Origin: Verrucomicrobiia bacterium | GTDB taxonomy: Bacteria; Verrucomicrobiota; Verrucomicrobiia; Palsa-1439 | Length of the DNA stretch: 64,000 bases | Direction of reading: 5' to 3' | NCBI GenBank assembly: GCA_050013395.1 | Contig: JBEKFI010000006.1 | Location: 12,303-76,302 of the forward strand | Shown: one piece after another, positions 28,098 to 37,863 of the stretch | Layout: each line of letters starts with the position of its first letter | How positions within the stretch are numbered: position 1 is the first letter of the stretch | Notes under the pieces: model-generated | Databases searched by the model: none | What the model saw: the letters and a program-made list of their open reading frames with translations, nothing else | Told to the model about the DNA's origin: nothing | Translations under genes and position numbers: made by a program

Positions 28098-29220
28098 ATT
28101 GACCGGGTTATCGCGACGATATCAGGCGGCGTTGCGAAAACACCTGGAACAAGGTTCACAGGCAAGCTCAGAGACGGCACAAAGATTCGGCCGGCAGGCC
28201 ATGGCCACCGGGCTGGAGACGTTGGACTTGGCCAGGATTCACGAGCAAGCGTTGATTGCCCTCGTGTTGCCGAGCTACTCCCCCTGCACCCGGGGTGCGA
28301 TGGTCCGGCGGGCGGGAACTTTTTTTGCCGAGGCCATCACCCCGATCGAGAAGACTCATCGCACCGCGCGCGAGGCCAGCGTCCGCTTGAATCAAATGAT
28401 CGAGACGTTGAACCGGCGCAGCGCAGATCTGGACGACTCGAACCGGCAGTTGAAACAGGAAACCGCCCGGTGCAAGTCGGTGGAGGAGTCCCTCCGTAAA
28501 AGCGAGCAACACTACAGCCAGTTGCTGGAGCAGTCGCACCGCTTGCAGGAACAATTGCGGCTTCTGTCCCGCCAGCTCCTGGTAGCGCAGGAGGAAGAAC
28601 GCAAGCGGATCAGCCGCGAGCTGCATGATGAAATCGCCCAGACCTTGACGGGCATCAATGTGCGGCTGGCGGCCTTAAAAATGGAGGCCACGGTCAACAC
28701 CAAAGGCCTCCAGAAAAAGATCACCCGCACACAACGGATGGTGGAGAAGTCGGTGAACATCGTGCATCAGTTCGCGCGAGAATTGCGCCCGGCGGTGTTG
28801 GACGACCTGGGGCTGATTCCCGCTCTTCATTCGTTTGTAAAAAGCTTTTCGAAACAGGCGGGCATCCACATTCGCCTGACGGTTTTTGCTGAGGTTGAAA
28901 AATTGGACAATGCCAAGCGAACGGTCCTCTATCGCGTCGCCCAGGAAGCACTGACCAATGTCGCCCGTCATGCGCAAGCCAGCCGGGTGGACGTGAGCAT
29001 CCGGAAACTCCCGGGCGCTGCTCGAATGGAAATAAAAGACAACGGCAAATCCTTTGAGGCGCAACGCGTCATGGACTCCAAACGGAACACACGCTTGGGG
29101 TTGATCGGCATGCGCGAGCGGCTGGAGATGGTCGGCGGCAGCTTTGGCGTCGAATCGGCGCCGGGCAAAGGAACCACCATCCGAGCACAGATTCCGTTCA
29201 CGAAGGGCAACCGGGTTTAA
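28087..29220 (+). CDS. Cytoplasmic NarL-family sensor histidine kinase (HisKA_3 + HATPase_c)
   Basis: H-box RISRELHDEIAQTL, N-box EALTNVARHA, G-boxes DNGKSF and GLIGMRERLEMVGG. No TM segments. Confidence 0.8.
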   Translation: MKRKLTGLSRRYQAALRKHLEQGSQASSETAQRFGRQAMATGLETLDLARIHEQALIALVLPSYSPCTRGAMVRRAGTFFAEAITPIEKTHRTAREASVRLNQMIETLNRRSADLDDSNRQLKQETARCKSVEESLRKSEQHYSQLLEQSHRLQEQLRLLSRQLLVAQEEERKRISRELHDEIAQTLTGINVRLAALKMEATVNTKGLQKKITRTQRMVEKSVNIVHQFARELRPAVLDDLGLIPALHSFVKSFSKQAGIHIRLTVFAEVEKLDNAKRTVLYRVAQEALTNVARHAQASRVDVSIRKLPGAARMEIKDNGKSFEAQRVMDSKRNTRLGLIGMRERLEMVGGSFGVESAPGKGTTIRAQIPFTKGNRV

Positions 29221-29903
29221 TGTCTATGAAACGCATCACCGTCCTGCTGGCTGAAGACCACATGATTGTCCGCGAGGGGTTTCGGAGGTTGTTGGATGCC
29301 GAAGACGATCTCGATGTGGTCGGCGAAGCGGAGACCGGCCGCCAGGCGGTGGCACTGGCCAGGAAACTTCGTCCCGCCGTGGTCGTGATGGACATCGCGA
29401 TGCCATTGCTCAATGGTTTGGAAGCCACCCGTCAGATTCTCAAAGCCGTTCCCGACACCAAGGTGCTCATTCTCTCCGCGCACAGCGATGACGCGTACGT
29501 CCAGCATGCAACCGAGTTGGGCGCGGTAGGATTTCTGCTCAAACAGACATCCTCGCACGAACTGTCCAAGGCGATTCGGGAAGTGCACAAAGGAAACACA
29601 TTCTTCAGCCCCTCCATTGCCAAGCGCCTCGACAATCGCAATCAGAAGTCGCCTGGTCGAGGAGGACGGCTCAAGAAGAAAGTCGCCCGCCTGAGTTCGC
29701 GCGAGGCGGAGGTGCTCCAACTGATTGCCGAAGGCGAACCCAACAAACAAGTGGCAGGTGAACTGGGCATCAGCATCAAAACCGTCGAGAAGCACCGGCA
29801 GAGTCTCATGCAGAAGCTGAACATCCACGACGTTGCCGGTCTCACGCGTTACGCGATCGGGGCGGGCATCATCGAGAGCAGTGTCCAAGTGACCATCGTC
29901 TAG
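29220..29903 (+). CDS. NarL/LuxR-family response regulator
   Basis: Receiver domain (phospho-acceptor D in VVVMDIAMP) plus a LuxR HTH (LSSREAEVLQLIAEGEPNKQVAGELGISIKTVEKHR). Start overlaps the HK stop. Confidence 0.85.
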   Translation: MSMKRITVLLAEDHMIVREGFRRLLDAEDDLDVVGEAETGRQAVALARKLRPAVVVMDIAMPLLNGLEATRQILKAVPDTKVLILSAHSDDAYVQHATELGAVGFLLKQTSSHELSKAIREVHKGNTFFSPSIAKRLDNRNQKSPGRGGRLKKKVARLSSREAEVLQLIAEGEPNKQVAGELGISIKTVEKHRQSLMQKLNIHDVAGLTRYAIGAGIIESSVQVTIV

Positions 29904-30357
29904 CCCGCGGCCACCCCGACTTGCCGCGTCGGGACTGAATTCATGAAATCTCCCATAGGGTGAACACCCCATAGCGCCCGCCCGGTTTCCCGTGCTTATT
30001 ATCATGCCATGAAAAATAAGCCGGCCAGCACACCGTTGCCGACGACGACTACGGACGCGGACGATACCAGAATTGATGTCGATCAGTTGGAGACCGAAGC
30101 CCAAACGCATGACTGCCGCCGCGATGACAGTGAAAAGGAAAAGCCCGTTGTCCCGTCCGGCAGTGCGGCACGGGAGAAAGCAGGAGCAGTTCGATTACTG
30201 TTGCCCGGTCAAACATCGGGGCGGTGCCTTTTGCTTTGCACTCAGTCAGCACCTCCGAACGCAGTCTGACCCGGCGTCTGCCAGAAATCAGGACGAGATT
30301 CGAACTTGATGCTGTTTCAAAATCGTTAGCTGGACCAAATCGAAAAAGGAGAATTGC

Positions 30358-30759
30358 ATGAAAACGACCGCGGGTTTGTGGATTGATCATCGGAAGGCTG
30401 TGATCGCGATTGTCTCGGCCGAAGGGGAAGAGACTATGGAGATCAGATCAAACGTTGAGAAACAGCCGGGACGTTTTGCTGGCGTACGTTCGACGACTCA
30501 CTATGGACAGCAGGTGCCGGCAGATGATAGCCACGAGAGGGAGTTTACGGGCCATCTCAACAATTACTACGATGAGGTGATTGCGGCGATTCGTGATGCC
30601 GAATCGATTCTGCTGTTTGGTCCGGGTGAGGCCAAGGGCGAGTTGAAACAACGTCTCGAGAAAGACAAACTCGGTGGACACATCATCGCTGTGGAAACAG
30701 TTGACAAGATGACTGATCGCCAGATCGCGGCAAAAGTCCGCGAGTACTTTCACGAATAG
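30358..30759 (+). CDS. Hypothetical protein
   Basis: Strong RBS aaaaaggagaa. 133-aa ORF with no recognisable motifs. Confidence 0.4.
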   Translation: MKTTAGLWIDHRKAVIAIVSAEGEETMEIRSNVEKQPGRFAGVRSTTHYGQQVPADDSHEREFTGHLNNYYDEVIAAIRDAESILLFGPGEAKGELKQRLEKDKLGGHIIAVETVDKMTDRQIAAKVREYFHE

Positions 30760-30847
30760 AGTTCAGCCATCGGATCGAGATCGAACCACCCAGCACGGTG
30801 CGGCAGCGGACGCGAACAGGCCGCGCCGCCGAGCTCGCGCAGGCGGG

Positions 30848-31090
30848 AGCTACGGCACTCACTCGAAGGCGGAAGCAGCATTGGCTGCGACGGCCGGAAG
30901 CTATGGCGCGCAGGTGGTCAGGCCGCGACTCCTCGCAGCAATCGCGCGCCGAAGCGCGCTCCGCAGCTTCTCAAGGCCGGTTGCCCAAACGTCTTCGGTC
31001 GTTGTAGCCGCGCTTCTACGAAGCGCGGGGCGTCGGCTTGCCGAAGAGATTCGGCGGCTTCATTCACCCCGAAAGCCTTCGGGGCAGGGA
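30848..31090. repeat. ~250-bp structured non-coding repeat (copy 2)
   Basis: About 90% identical to 20012..20267, including the terminal hairpin CCCCGAAAGCCTTCGGGG. Confidence 0.75.
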
Positions 31091-31198
31091 AGCGCCGCTA
31101 CATCGGCACGACGAAGGTTCTGGAGAGGATCGAAATGTAGCCGCACCCTTCAGGGTGCGCTCGTCGGCATCTGAACCCGCGCAGGCTGAAGCCTGCGG

Positions 31199-34100
31199 CT
31201 ACGGAACCAATCGGATGCGGTAGAAGCGCGAAGGCGCGGTGGTCGCGGCACCTATGTCAAGATAGTTGGTGGTCGCGTCGCCACTGTCGGGAATGATAAT
31301 CAGTCCGCTGATGTCACTGAAGTTGGTCGTGAAACTGCCGTCGGCGTCGGAGCCGGCCGCCTGCACCGCATTGGTCCGCCCGCCCGCCGTCATCCAAGTG
31401 ATCTCCACATCGTCGCCTTCCTGCACGATGCCGGTAATGCGCAGCCCTGACGCGCTGTTGGTCGGATCGGTGCCGGCCTGAAACTCCTGTAGGTTGGTGA
31501 GTCCGTCGCCGTCGGGGTCGCCACTCGCGCCATCGTTGCCGCTCGAAGACTTCGGATTGAGACCGTAATTCATCTCCCAAACGTTCGGGAGGCCATCACC
31601 GTCGGGGTCGCCGTTGGAACCATTGGCCCCCGTGGGGTCGAACATGTCAAGTCCGTTTGCCAACTCCCAACCGTTTGGCAATCCATCGGCGTCCGCATCG
31701 AAGGACGAAACATAATTGACGCTGAGGAAGAAGACTGTTCCGCCGGTATGTATGAACCGGGAGCAGGCATTGGTCACGACCAGTCGGTCCACCACGAGCG
31801 CGCCGCCGCTGACTGTGAACGTGCCGCCGCGAACGTCCAGCGTTGCGGTGTGCGCCGCGTTAGTAACGTACAGTTTCCCGCCGGCGAGCGTTACCACGCC
31901 CGCTCCGCCGCCGCTGCAGTTCCCGATGACGAAATCGGACGACACTGTGTTGGTGCCACCGACCTGTGTGAATCTGCCACCCGCCGAGGCAGTGATGTCA
32001 CTCACATGCAAACTGCGAGCGAGGACGGTGCCGTTGGATTGTGTTAAGAACCCCGTCTCGGGCAGACCAACCGTGATCGTTCCATTGGTGACAAGTAACT
32101 GACCGCCCGTGATCCAGACTGTCGAGGTGCTGCCCGAGTTGAATTGCCCCATGGCTAGATCGTTTTGAACGGTAAGCTTACCGCCTGCGACAAGAAGCGT
32201 GGGGGAAGATTGATACGATGCTTGGAGCGCGACACCGCGCGCCAGCATATTGCCGTTAGAGACTACCAACGTGCCACGGCTCTGGCCGATGATCACGTCT
32301 CCGTTTGTCACGGTGAGCTGTCCGCCGGTCACCCACACCGTGCCTGTTGCACTCTCGCGCGCAATCCGCAGTTCGGAGCCAAGGGTCATGGTGCCGCCTG
32401 CAACGGTCAGCGTTCCCTTCCCGCCAAGATAGCCAACGCCGTAGTAACCGAAGTCGGTCGTGACAATGCCGTTGGATACGACGATCTGGCCGAAGGTGTT
32501 GTAGTTGCCGAAGAACACAGGCGCGTCGAAGTTTCCACCATTGACAGTGACGATGGCGGGGGCCGATGGGTTGGTGTTTCCGATGTTTAAATAGCGAAAC
32601 GCAGGCGAGATCAGAGTCCCTCCGGTCATCACGTCGAGGCTGCCGCGGACGCTCGCCCCGTTACAACGCAACTCGCCGCCGTTTACCGTGATCTTTCCAC
32701 GCGGATCGGCCAAAGTCCCGACAAGCATTTGCGCGTTGGCGATGGCCAGCACCCCGCCGTCAATTCTCACGGCTCCGTTGGCAACGGTGAGGTTGCTGGT
32801 GTAGGTGCCGCCATTGACCTGCACAGTCGAGTTCGTGATAATCAACAAGCCATTCGTGCTGATCGTGCACTGATTGATAATAGTCAGTGGCGTGTTCGTG
32901 CCCGCATTGGACAGCAGCAATGTATTCGTCGAGCCGGTCGGCGAGGAAAGCGCCAGGTTACTGATCGTCATCGTGCTGGGAAAACTTCCTGATGTACTCG
33001 CATCAATCGTGACAGTCTTGGTGGTGGCGTTGGTGATCAACACCGCCGAGCGACTGGTGGAAGGAACCCTCCCGAACGCCCAGTTGTCGCTGCCTTCCCA
33101 TTTGTCGCTGCCTGTATTGGTCCAGCGACTTTGGTCAGGCGGATGAGACGCCGCGTTGTTCGGCTGCGTGCCCGCTTGGTATTCTTCGAAATTGCTGAAC
33201 CCGTCCCCATCCGGATCGCCACTGGCTCCGTCGTTGCCCGCAGCGGAAAGCGGGTTCAATCCGTACGCGGTTTCCCAACCATTCGGCAGACCGTCGCCAT
33301 CCGCATCGCCGTTGATGTCGAGGGTGGTGGCACTGGCTTGGTTGCTGTAGTCGGAATTCCCTCCCGAGTTATACGCTCGGACGCGGTACCAGTAGGTCGT
33401 GGTCGCCGACAATCCTGTGTCGCTGTAGATCGTAACGTTGCTCGACACGGTTGCGATCTGCGTCCACGTCCCGGGCGTGCCGCTGTTGTCGGGGGCGCGC
33501 TCGATCTTGAAGCCGTCCTCGTTGGCCGCGTTATCCGTCCACCCTAGGTTGATCTGATTGATGGATACCGCCGTTGCTGTCAGACTCGACGGCGGCGCGG
33601 GCGGAAGTGGCAGAGTCGTCGCGCTCGCTTGGTTGCCATACGGCGAATTGCCGCCGGTGTTGTAGGCTCGGACGCGATACCAGTACTTCGTGTCCGCCGA
33701 CACATTCGTGTCGCTGTAGGTCGTGACATCCGCGCCTACAGTTGCGATCTGCGTCCAAGTACCCGGAACTCCGCCATTGTCTGGTGCCCGCTCGGTCAAA
33801 AAACCGGTCTCGTCGCTGGAGTTATCAGTCCATGACAAGTTGATCTGGTTCGTAGAGACGGCGATCGCTGTGAGGGCGGTCGGGGCGGCGGGACTGCACG
33901 TCATCGCGAGACCATGGTACTCACCCGCGGCGATGCTCACCACGCCCATCAATCCATCCGGCGGCGTTATCGAAGTGCCCCAGCTAACGACCGTGCCTTC
34001 ACCTGTCAACGCCAAATTGTAAGAACCGCTGGTGCTGATGGCGACAACGTTGGTCAAACCGTTGGGCGGCGTTGCCTGGCCCTGATCGTTGCGACCCCAA

Positions 34101-36181
34101 CCGACGACGGTGCCATCGCCCTTGAGCGCGAGGCTATATTCATCGCCTGCGGCAACGGCGACAACTCCCGTCAGTCCGGCCGGCGGCGTAGCTTGGCCAT
34201 AGTAATTGTTCCCCCAGCCAACAACGGTGCCATCGCTCCTGAGCCCGAGCCCGTGGATGTCGTAGCCTTTGGCGATGGCGACAATGCCGCTCAATCCTGG
34301 AGGCGTCACGTCACCGTAAGCTCCCCAACCGACGACGGTGCCATCGCTCCGAAGCGCCAAGCTGTCCCAGAAACCGGCGGCTATGGCGACCGCGTTCGTC
34401 AGTCCTGCGGGAGGCGTCGCTTGCCCGTAGTAATTCCAGCCCCAACCGACAACGCTGCCATCGCTTTTGAGAGCAAGGCTGTAGAGGCCACCGGCGGCAA
34501 TAGCAACCACATTCGTCAGCCCGGGCGGAGGCGTCGCTTGTCCGTAGTCATTCGCTCCCCACCCGGCGACATTGCCGCTGCTTGACAAGGCCAAACTATG
34601 GTAACCGCCACCGGAGACAGCCACCACTCCTGTTAGACCGATCGGAGGTGTCGCGTAACCTTCCCAAACAACAATGGCCGGCGGGCACAAGGCCGAGGTG
34701 TTGGTGACCGTGACGCCGGAATAGTCCGAGCTAGTTACAGAATTATACGCCTGCACGCGGTAATAATGAGTGGTGTCGGGGAACAGCCCGGTATTGCGAT
34801 AACTTGTCGTATTAGCTAATACCTGCGCGATCTGCGTGAAGTTCGTCCCGTCGGTGGAACGCTCGATCTTGAACCCGTCCTCGTCGCCGGAGTTATCGGC
34901 CCACGACAAGTTGATCTGGCTACTGGAAACTGTTGTTGCCGTCAGACCCGATGGAGGCGCAAGCGGCGTGGTGGCACTCACTTCGTTGCTGCAGTCTGAA
35001 TTCCCGCCCCCATTGTAGGCCCGCACCCGATACCAATAGGTCGTGTTCGGCAATAGCTCCGTGTCGCTGTGGTTGGTGACATTCGCGCCCACAGTCGTAA
35101 TTTCCGCCCAAGCGCCCGGAACACCACCATTGTCCGGCGCCCGCTCGATCTTGAAGCCATCCTCGTTGTTGGAGTTGTCGGCCCATGACAGATTGATCTG
35201 ATTGGTGGACACGGCTGTCGCCGTCAGAGCTGAGGGAGCAAGAGGCGGTGTCGTAGCGTTTGCTTGGTTGCTGTAGGTAGAATCACCGCCCGTGTTGTAC
35301 GCCCGCACCCGGTACCAATACTTCGTGTCCGCCGATGCTGTCAGATCACTGTAGGCGGTAACGTTCGAACCGACGGTCGCAATCTGCGTCCACGCGCCTG
35401 GAACGCCGCCGATGTCGGGCGCCCGCTCGATCTTGAAACCGTCCTCGTTGCCGGAGTTATCCGTCCACGACAAGCTGATTTGGTTCGACGAGACAGTGCT
35501 CGCAGTGAGGCTCGACGGTGCGGCTGGCGGCAGCGGCAAGGTAGTGGCGCTGGTCTGGCTGCTGTAGGCTGAATCACCGCTCCCGCTGGATGCGCGAACA
35601 CGGTACCAATACTTCGTGTTTGGTGATAACGGGGTGTCGCTGTAAGCCGTAACGTTGCTCGACACGGTTGCGATCTGCGTCCACACGCCCGGAGCACCAC
35701 TGCTGTCTGGAGCGCGTTCGATTTTGAAACTGCTCTCAGTGTTCGAGTTGTCCGTCCAAGACAGGTTGATCTGGTTGGTGGAGATGGCTGTCGCCGTGAG
35801 ACTCGATGGAGGCGGTGGCGGAGTGGTCGCACTGGCCTGGTTGCTGTAGGCGGAATCACCGCCGTTCTTGTACGCGCGCACACGGTACCAGTATCTCGTG
35901 TCCGCTGACACTCCCGTGTCGCTGTAGCTCGTGATATTCGCGCCCACGGTAGCGATCTGCGTCCAAGGTCCGGGAATGCCGCCGTTATCCAACGCCCGTT
36001 CGACCTTGAAGCCGGTCTCGTTGTTGGAGTTGTCCGTCCAAGACAGGTTGATCTGGTTGGTGGAGACGGCAGTGGCCGCCAGGTTCGTCGGCGCTTTCGG
36101 AGCGGCGTGGGCAGAGGAATAAAACGCGGTGAGCCAGAGGAACAGGCCGCATACCGACCAGCATTGAAGGTGCTTCTTCAT
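31199..36181 (-). CDS. Giant secreted/surface protein with fibronectin type III repeats, RCC1-like beta-propeller repeats, thrombospondin type-3-like Ca-binding repeats and beta-helix-like repeats
   Basis: Signal peptide MKKHLQCWSVCGLFLWLTAFYSSAHA. At least 8 FN3-like units (NLSWTDNS..GFKIERA..WYRVRAYN). RCC1 blades (GY.HSLAL..DG.V.GWG.N.YGQ). DADGDGLPNGWE Ca-binding loops. Total length 1660 aa. Confidence 0.7.
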   Translation of the reverse strand: MKKHLQCWSVCGLFLWLTAFYSSAHAAPKAPTNLAATAVSTNQINLSWTDNSNNETGFKVERALDNGGIPGPWTQIATVGANITSYSDTGVSADTRYWYRVRAYKNGGDSAYSNQASATTPPPPPSSLTATAISTNQINLSWTDNSNTESSFKIERAPDSSGAPGVWTQIATVSSNVTAYSDTPLSPNTKYWYRVRASSGSGDSAYSSQTSATTLPLPPAAPSSLTASTVSSNQISLSWTDNSGNEDGFKIERAPDIGGVPGAWTQIATVGSNVTAYSDLTASADTKYWYRVRAYNTGGDSTYSNQANATTPPLAPSALTATAVSTNQINLSWADNSNNEDGFKIERAPDNGGVPGAWAEITTVGANVTNHSDTELLPNTTYWYRVRAYNGGGNSDCSNEVSATTPLAPPSGLTATTVSSSQINLSWADNSGDEDGFKIERSTDGTNFTQIAQVLANTTSYRNTGLFPDTTHYYRVQAYNSVTSSDYSGVTVTNTSALCPPAIVVWEGYATPPIGLTGVVAVSGGGYHSLALSSSGNVAGWGANDYGQATPPPGLTNVVAIAAGGLYSLALKSDGSVVGWGWNYYGQATPPAGLTNAVAIAAGFWDSLALRSDGTVVGWGAYGDVTPPGLSGIVAIAKGYDIHGLGLRSDGTVVGWGNNYYGQATPPAGLTGVVAVAAGDEYSLALKGDGTVVGWGRNDQGQATPPNGLTNVVAISTSGSYNLALTGEGTVVSWGTSITPPDGLMGVVSIAAGEYHGLAMTCSPAAPTALTAIAVSTNQINLSWTDNSSDETGFLTERAPDNGGVPGTWTQIATVGADVTTYSDTNVSADTKYWYRVRAYNTGGNSPYGNQASATTLPLPPAPPSSLTATAVSINQINLGWTDNAANEDGFKIERAPDNSGTPGTWTQIATVSSNVTIYSDTGLSATTTYWYRVRAYNSGGNSDYSNQASATTLDINGDADGDGLPNGWETAYGLNPLSAAGNDGASGDPDGDGFSNFEEYQAGTQPNNAASHPPDQSRWTNTGSDKWEGSDNWAFGRVPSTSRSAVLITNATTKTVTIDASTSGSFPSTMTISNLALSSPTGSTNTLLLSNAGTNTPLTIINQCTISTNGLLIITNSTVQVNGGTYTSNLTVANGAVRIDGGVLAIANAQMLVGTLADPRGKITVNGGELRCNGASVRGSLDVMTGGTLISPAFRYLNIGNTNPSAPAIVTVNGGNFDAPVFFGNYNTFGQIVVSNGIVTTDFGYYGVGYLGGKGTLTVAGGTMTLGSELRIARESATGTVWVTGGQLTVTNGDVIIGQSRGTLVVSNGNMLARGVALQASYQSSPTLLVAGGKLTVQNDLAMGQFNSGSTSTVWITGGQLLVTNGTITVGLPETGFLTQSNGTVLARSLHVSDITASAGGRFTQVGGTNTVSSDFVIGNCSGGGAGVVTLAGGKLYVTNAAHTATLDVRGGTFTVSGGALVVDRLVVTNACSRFIHTGGTVFFLSVNYVSSFDADADGLPNGWELANGLDMFDPTGANGSNGDPDGDGLPNVWEMNYGLNPKSSSGNDGASGDPDGDGLTNLQEFQAGTDPTNSASGLRITGIVQEGDDVEITWMTAGGRTNAVQAAGSDADGSFTTNFSDISGLIIIPDSGDATTNYLDIGAATTAPSRFYRIRLVP

Positions 36182-36522
36182 TTCTCTCACCCAATCTCGT
36201 CGCGACCGAAGACTGATACGCCGAATCCTAACGAGCGGGGTAGGGGCTAGCAGTTTACTGGTTTCGAGTCGAGCGAAAACTGGCGTTCGGCGAGGTTTCC
36301 AAAGTGGACGGGAGACCTTCGGTCGAAGACGGTGCGCGGTCAGGAGACCGGCGCACAACGTCACGACACGCTTCATTTGGAGGGCTACGCTCCGTCGTGG
36401 CCGCCGGAACATCACGGACGCGACGGAGAGCGCGTCCCTCCAACCAGCCGAGCGAATCAACTGTGCCGGAGTACCGGCTTTTGCTTTTCAGGCTACGACC
36501 GGTCGGCTAAGGTTCTCCCGCC

Positions 36523-37083
36523 ATGCAGCCGATGCGCGACGACCTCGAAGAAATCCTGATCACCGAACAGCAAATCCAGCAGCGAATGGATGCGTTGGCG
36601 TTGGAAATCCAGTGCGAGTATGCGGCGAAAGATTTGACGTTGGTGGCAGTGCTGACAGGCAGCGTGATGTTCATCGCCGACCTGTTGAGACGATTGCCGA
36701 TGCAGCTCCGGTTCGATTACATCGGCGTTTCCAGTTACCAAGGCGAGACGCGTTCGACGGGCGATCTCATCGTCACCAAAGCCTTGACCTTGGACGTCCG
36801 CGGACACGACGTGCTCGTGGTGGACGATATTCTCGACACGGGACTGACGTTGGTGAAAATCCGCGAGATGATTCTCAAGCTGCAGCCGCGCAGCCTGAAG
36901 TTCGGCGTTTTTCTGGAGAAGGACGTCCCTCACCATGAAGGGTTTCAAGCCCACTTTGTCGCCTTCCGCATCCCGGACAAGTTCGTCGTCGGCTACGGAC
37001 TGGACTATCAGGAGCGGTACCGCAACCTGCCGTATGTGGCGACGCTCCGACCCGAAGTAACCAGTCATGGAGATGCGATCTAA
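36523..37083 (+). CDS. hpt: Hypoxanthine-guanine phosphoribosyltransferase
   Basis: PRPP-binding motif VLVVDDILDTGLT and overall Hpt-like sequence. Length 186 aa. Confidence 0.85.
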   Translation: MQPMRDDLEEILITEQQIQQRMDALALEIQCEYAAKDLTLVAVLTGSVMFIADLLRRLPMQLRFDYIGVSSYQGETRSTGDLIVTKALTLDVRGHDVLVVDDILDTGLTLVKIREMILKLQPRSLKFGVFLEKDVPHHEGFQAHFVAFRIPDKFVVGYGLDYQERYRNLPYVATLRPEVTSHGDAI

Positions 37084-37091
37084 GATGTCGG

Positions 37092-37172
37092 CCCCTCACC
37101 TTGATCCTCTCCCCCGAGCGGGGAGAGGAATTCCCCTCTCCCTTTTCGCAAGGGAGAGGGTCCGTGTGAGGG
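37092..37172. repeat. ~90-bp nested palindromic intergenic element (copy 2 of 4)
   Basis: CCCCTCACCTTGATCCTCTCCCCCGAGCGGGGAGAGG...CCCTCTCCCTTTTCGCAAGGGAGAGGGTCCGTGTGAGGG. Confidence 0.75.
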
Positions 37173-37233
37173 TTTTGCCTGCCACTGCTCATCGCAATCA
37201 ATCGCAAATGCAATCCGCTCCCACAGAAATGCC

Positions 37234-37863
37234 ATGACCATCACCGTCCAATTCTTCAGTTTTCTGCGCCCACTTGTTGGGCAGAATGAACTACAACTTG
37301 AAGTCGCGCCAGAATCGACCGTGGCCGATGCGCTGGCTGAGTTACACCGCCGGTTCCCCAAGCTGAAGGAAGCGGAGAAGACCACGCTGATCGCGGTCGG
37401 CGTCGAGTTTGCGAAGCCCAAGGACAGGCTGCGCGACGGCGACGTGCTTGCGTTAATGCCGCCGCTGCATGGCGGTGCGGACGACGAACTTCTCATCACC
37501 GACCAGCCGATCCATCCAGTCGAAGCGCACGTCGGCCCGGCCGTAGGCGACGTGGGCGGTATTGTCGTGTTCTGGGGGGTCGTGCGCGACATCGAAGAGA
37601 GTCAACAAATCACGGCGCTCGATTACACCGCCTACCGCGAAATGGCCGAGCACCAGTTCCGCAACTTGCTCGCCGAGACGCGCAAGAAGTGGCCGCTCAA
37701 ACGCATCCGCGTCGTTCATCGTCTCGGCGTCATCCCCGTCGGCGAGCCGTCGCTGTTGGTGCGCGTCGAAGCCGCTCACCGCGGCGAAGCGTTCGCCGCG
37801 GCGCAGTTCATCATTGACGAACTGAAACAGAAAGTCCCGATCTGGAAACGCGGCGCTACTTGA
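37234..37863 (+). CDS. Molybdopterin synthase MoaD-MoaE fusion protein
   Basis: N-terminal MoaD-like ubiquitin fold ending in PPLHGG, then a MoaE catalytic-subunit-like domain. Confidence 0.75.
   Translation: MTITVQFFSFLRPLVGQNELQLEVAPESTVADALAELHRRFPKLKEAEKTTLIAVGVEFAKPKDRLRDGDVLALMPPLHGGADDELLITDQPIHPVEAHVGPAVGDVGGIVVFWGVVRDIEESQQITALDYTAYREMAEHQFRNLLAETRKKWPLKRIRVVHRLGVIPVGEPSLLVRVEAAHRGEAFAAAQFIIDELKQKVPIWKRGAT

Noticed and set aside
30009-30309. Small ORFs in the 450-bp region between the response regulator and gene 30358
   Set aside because: No RBS, no motifs, and overlapping opposite-strand frames. Left unannotated.
33300-36100. Long internal DNA repeats in the giant surface-protein gene considered as a mobile-element array
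   Set aside because: Repeats are in-frame FN3-module duplications within one CDS, not independent elements.
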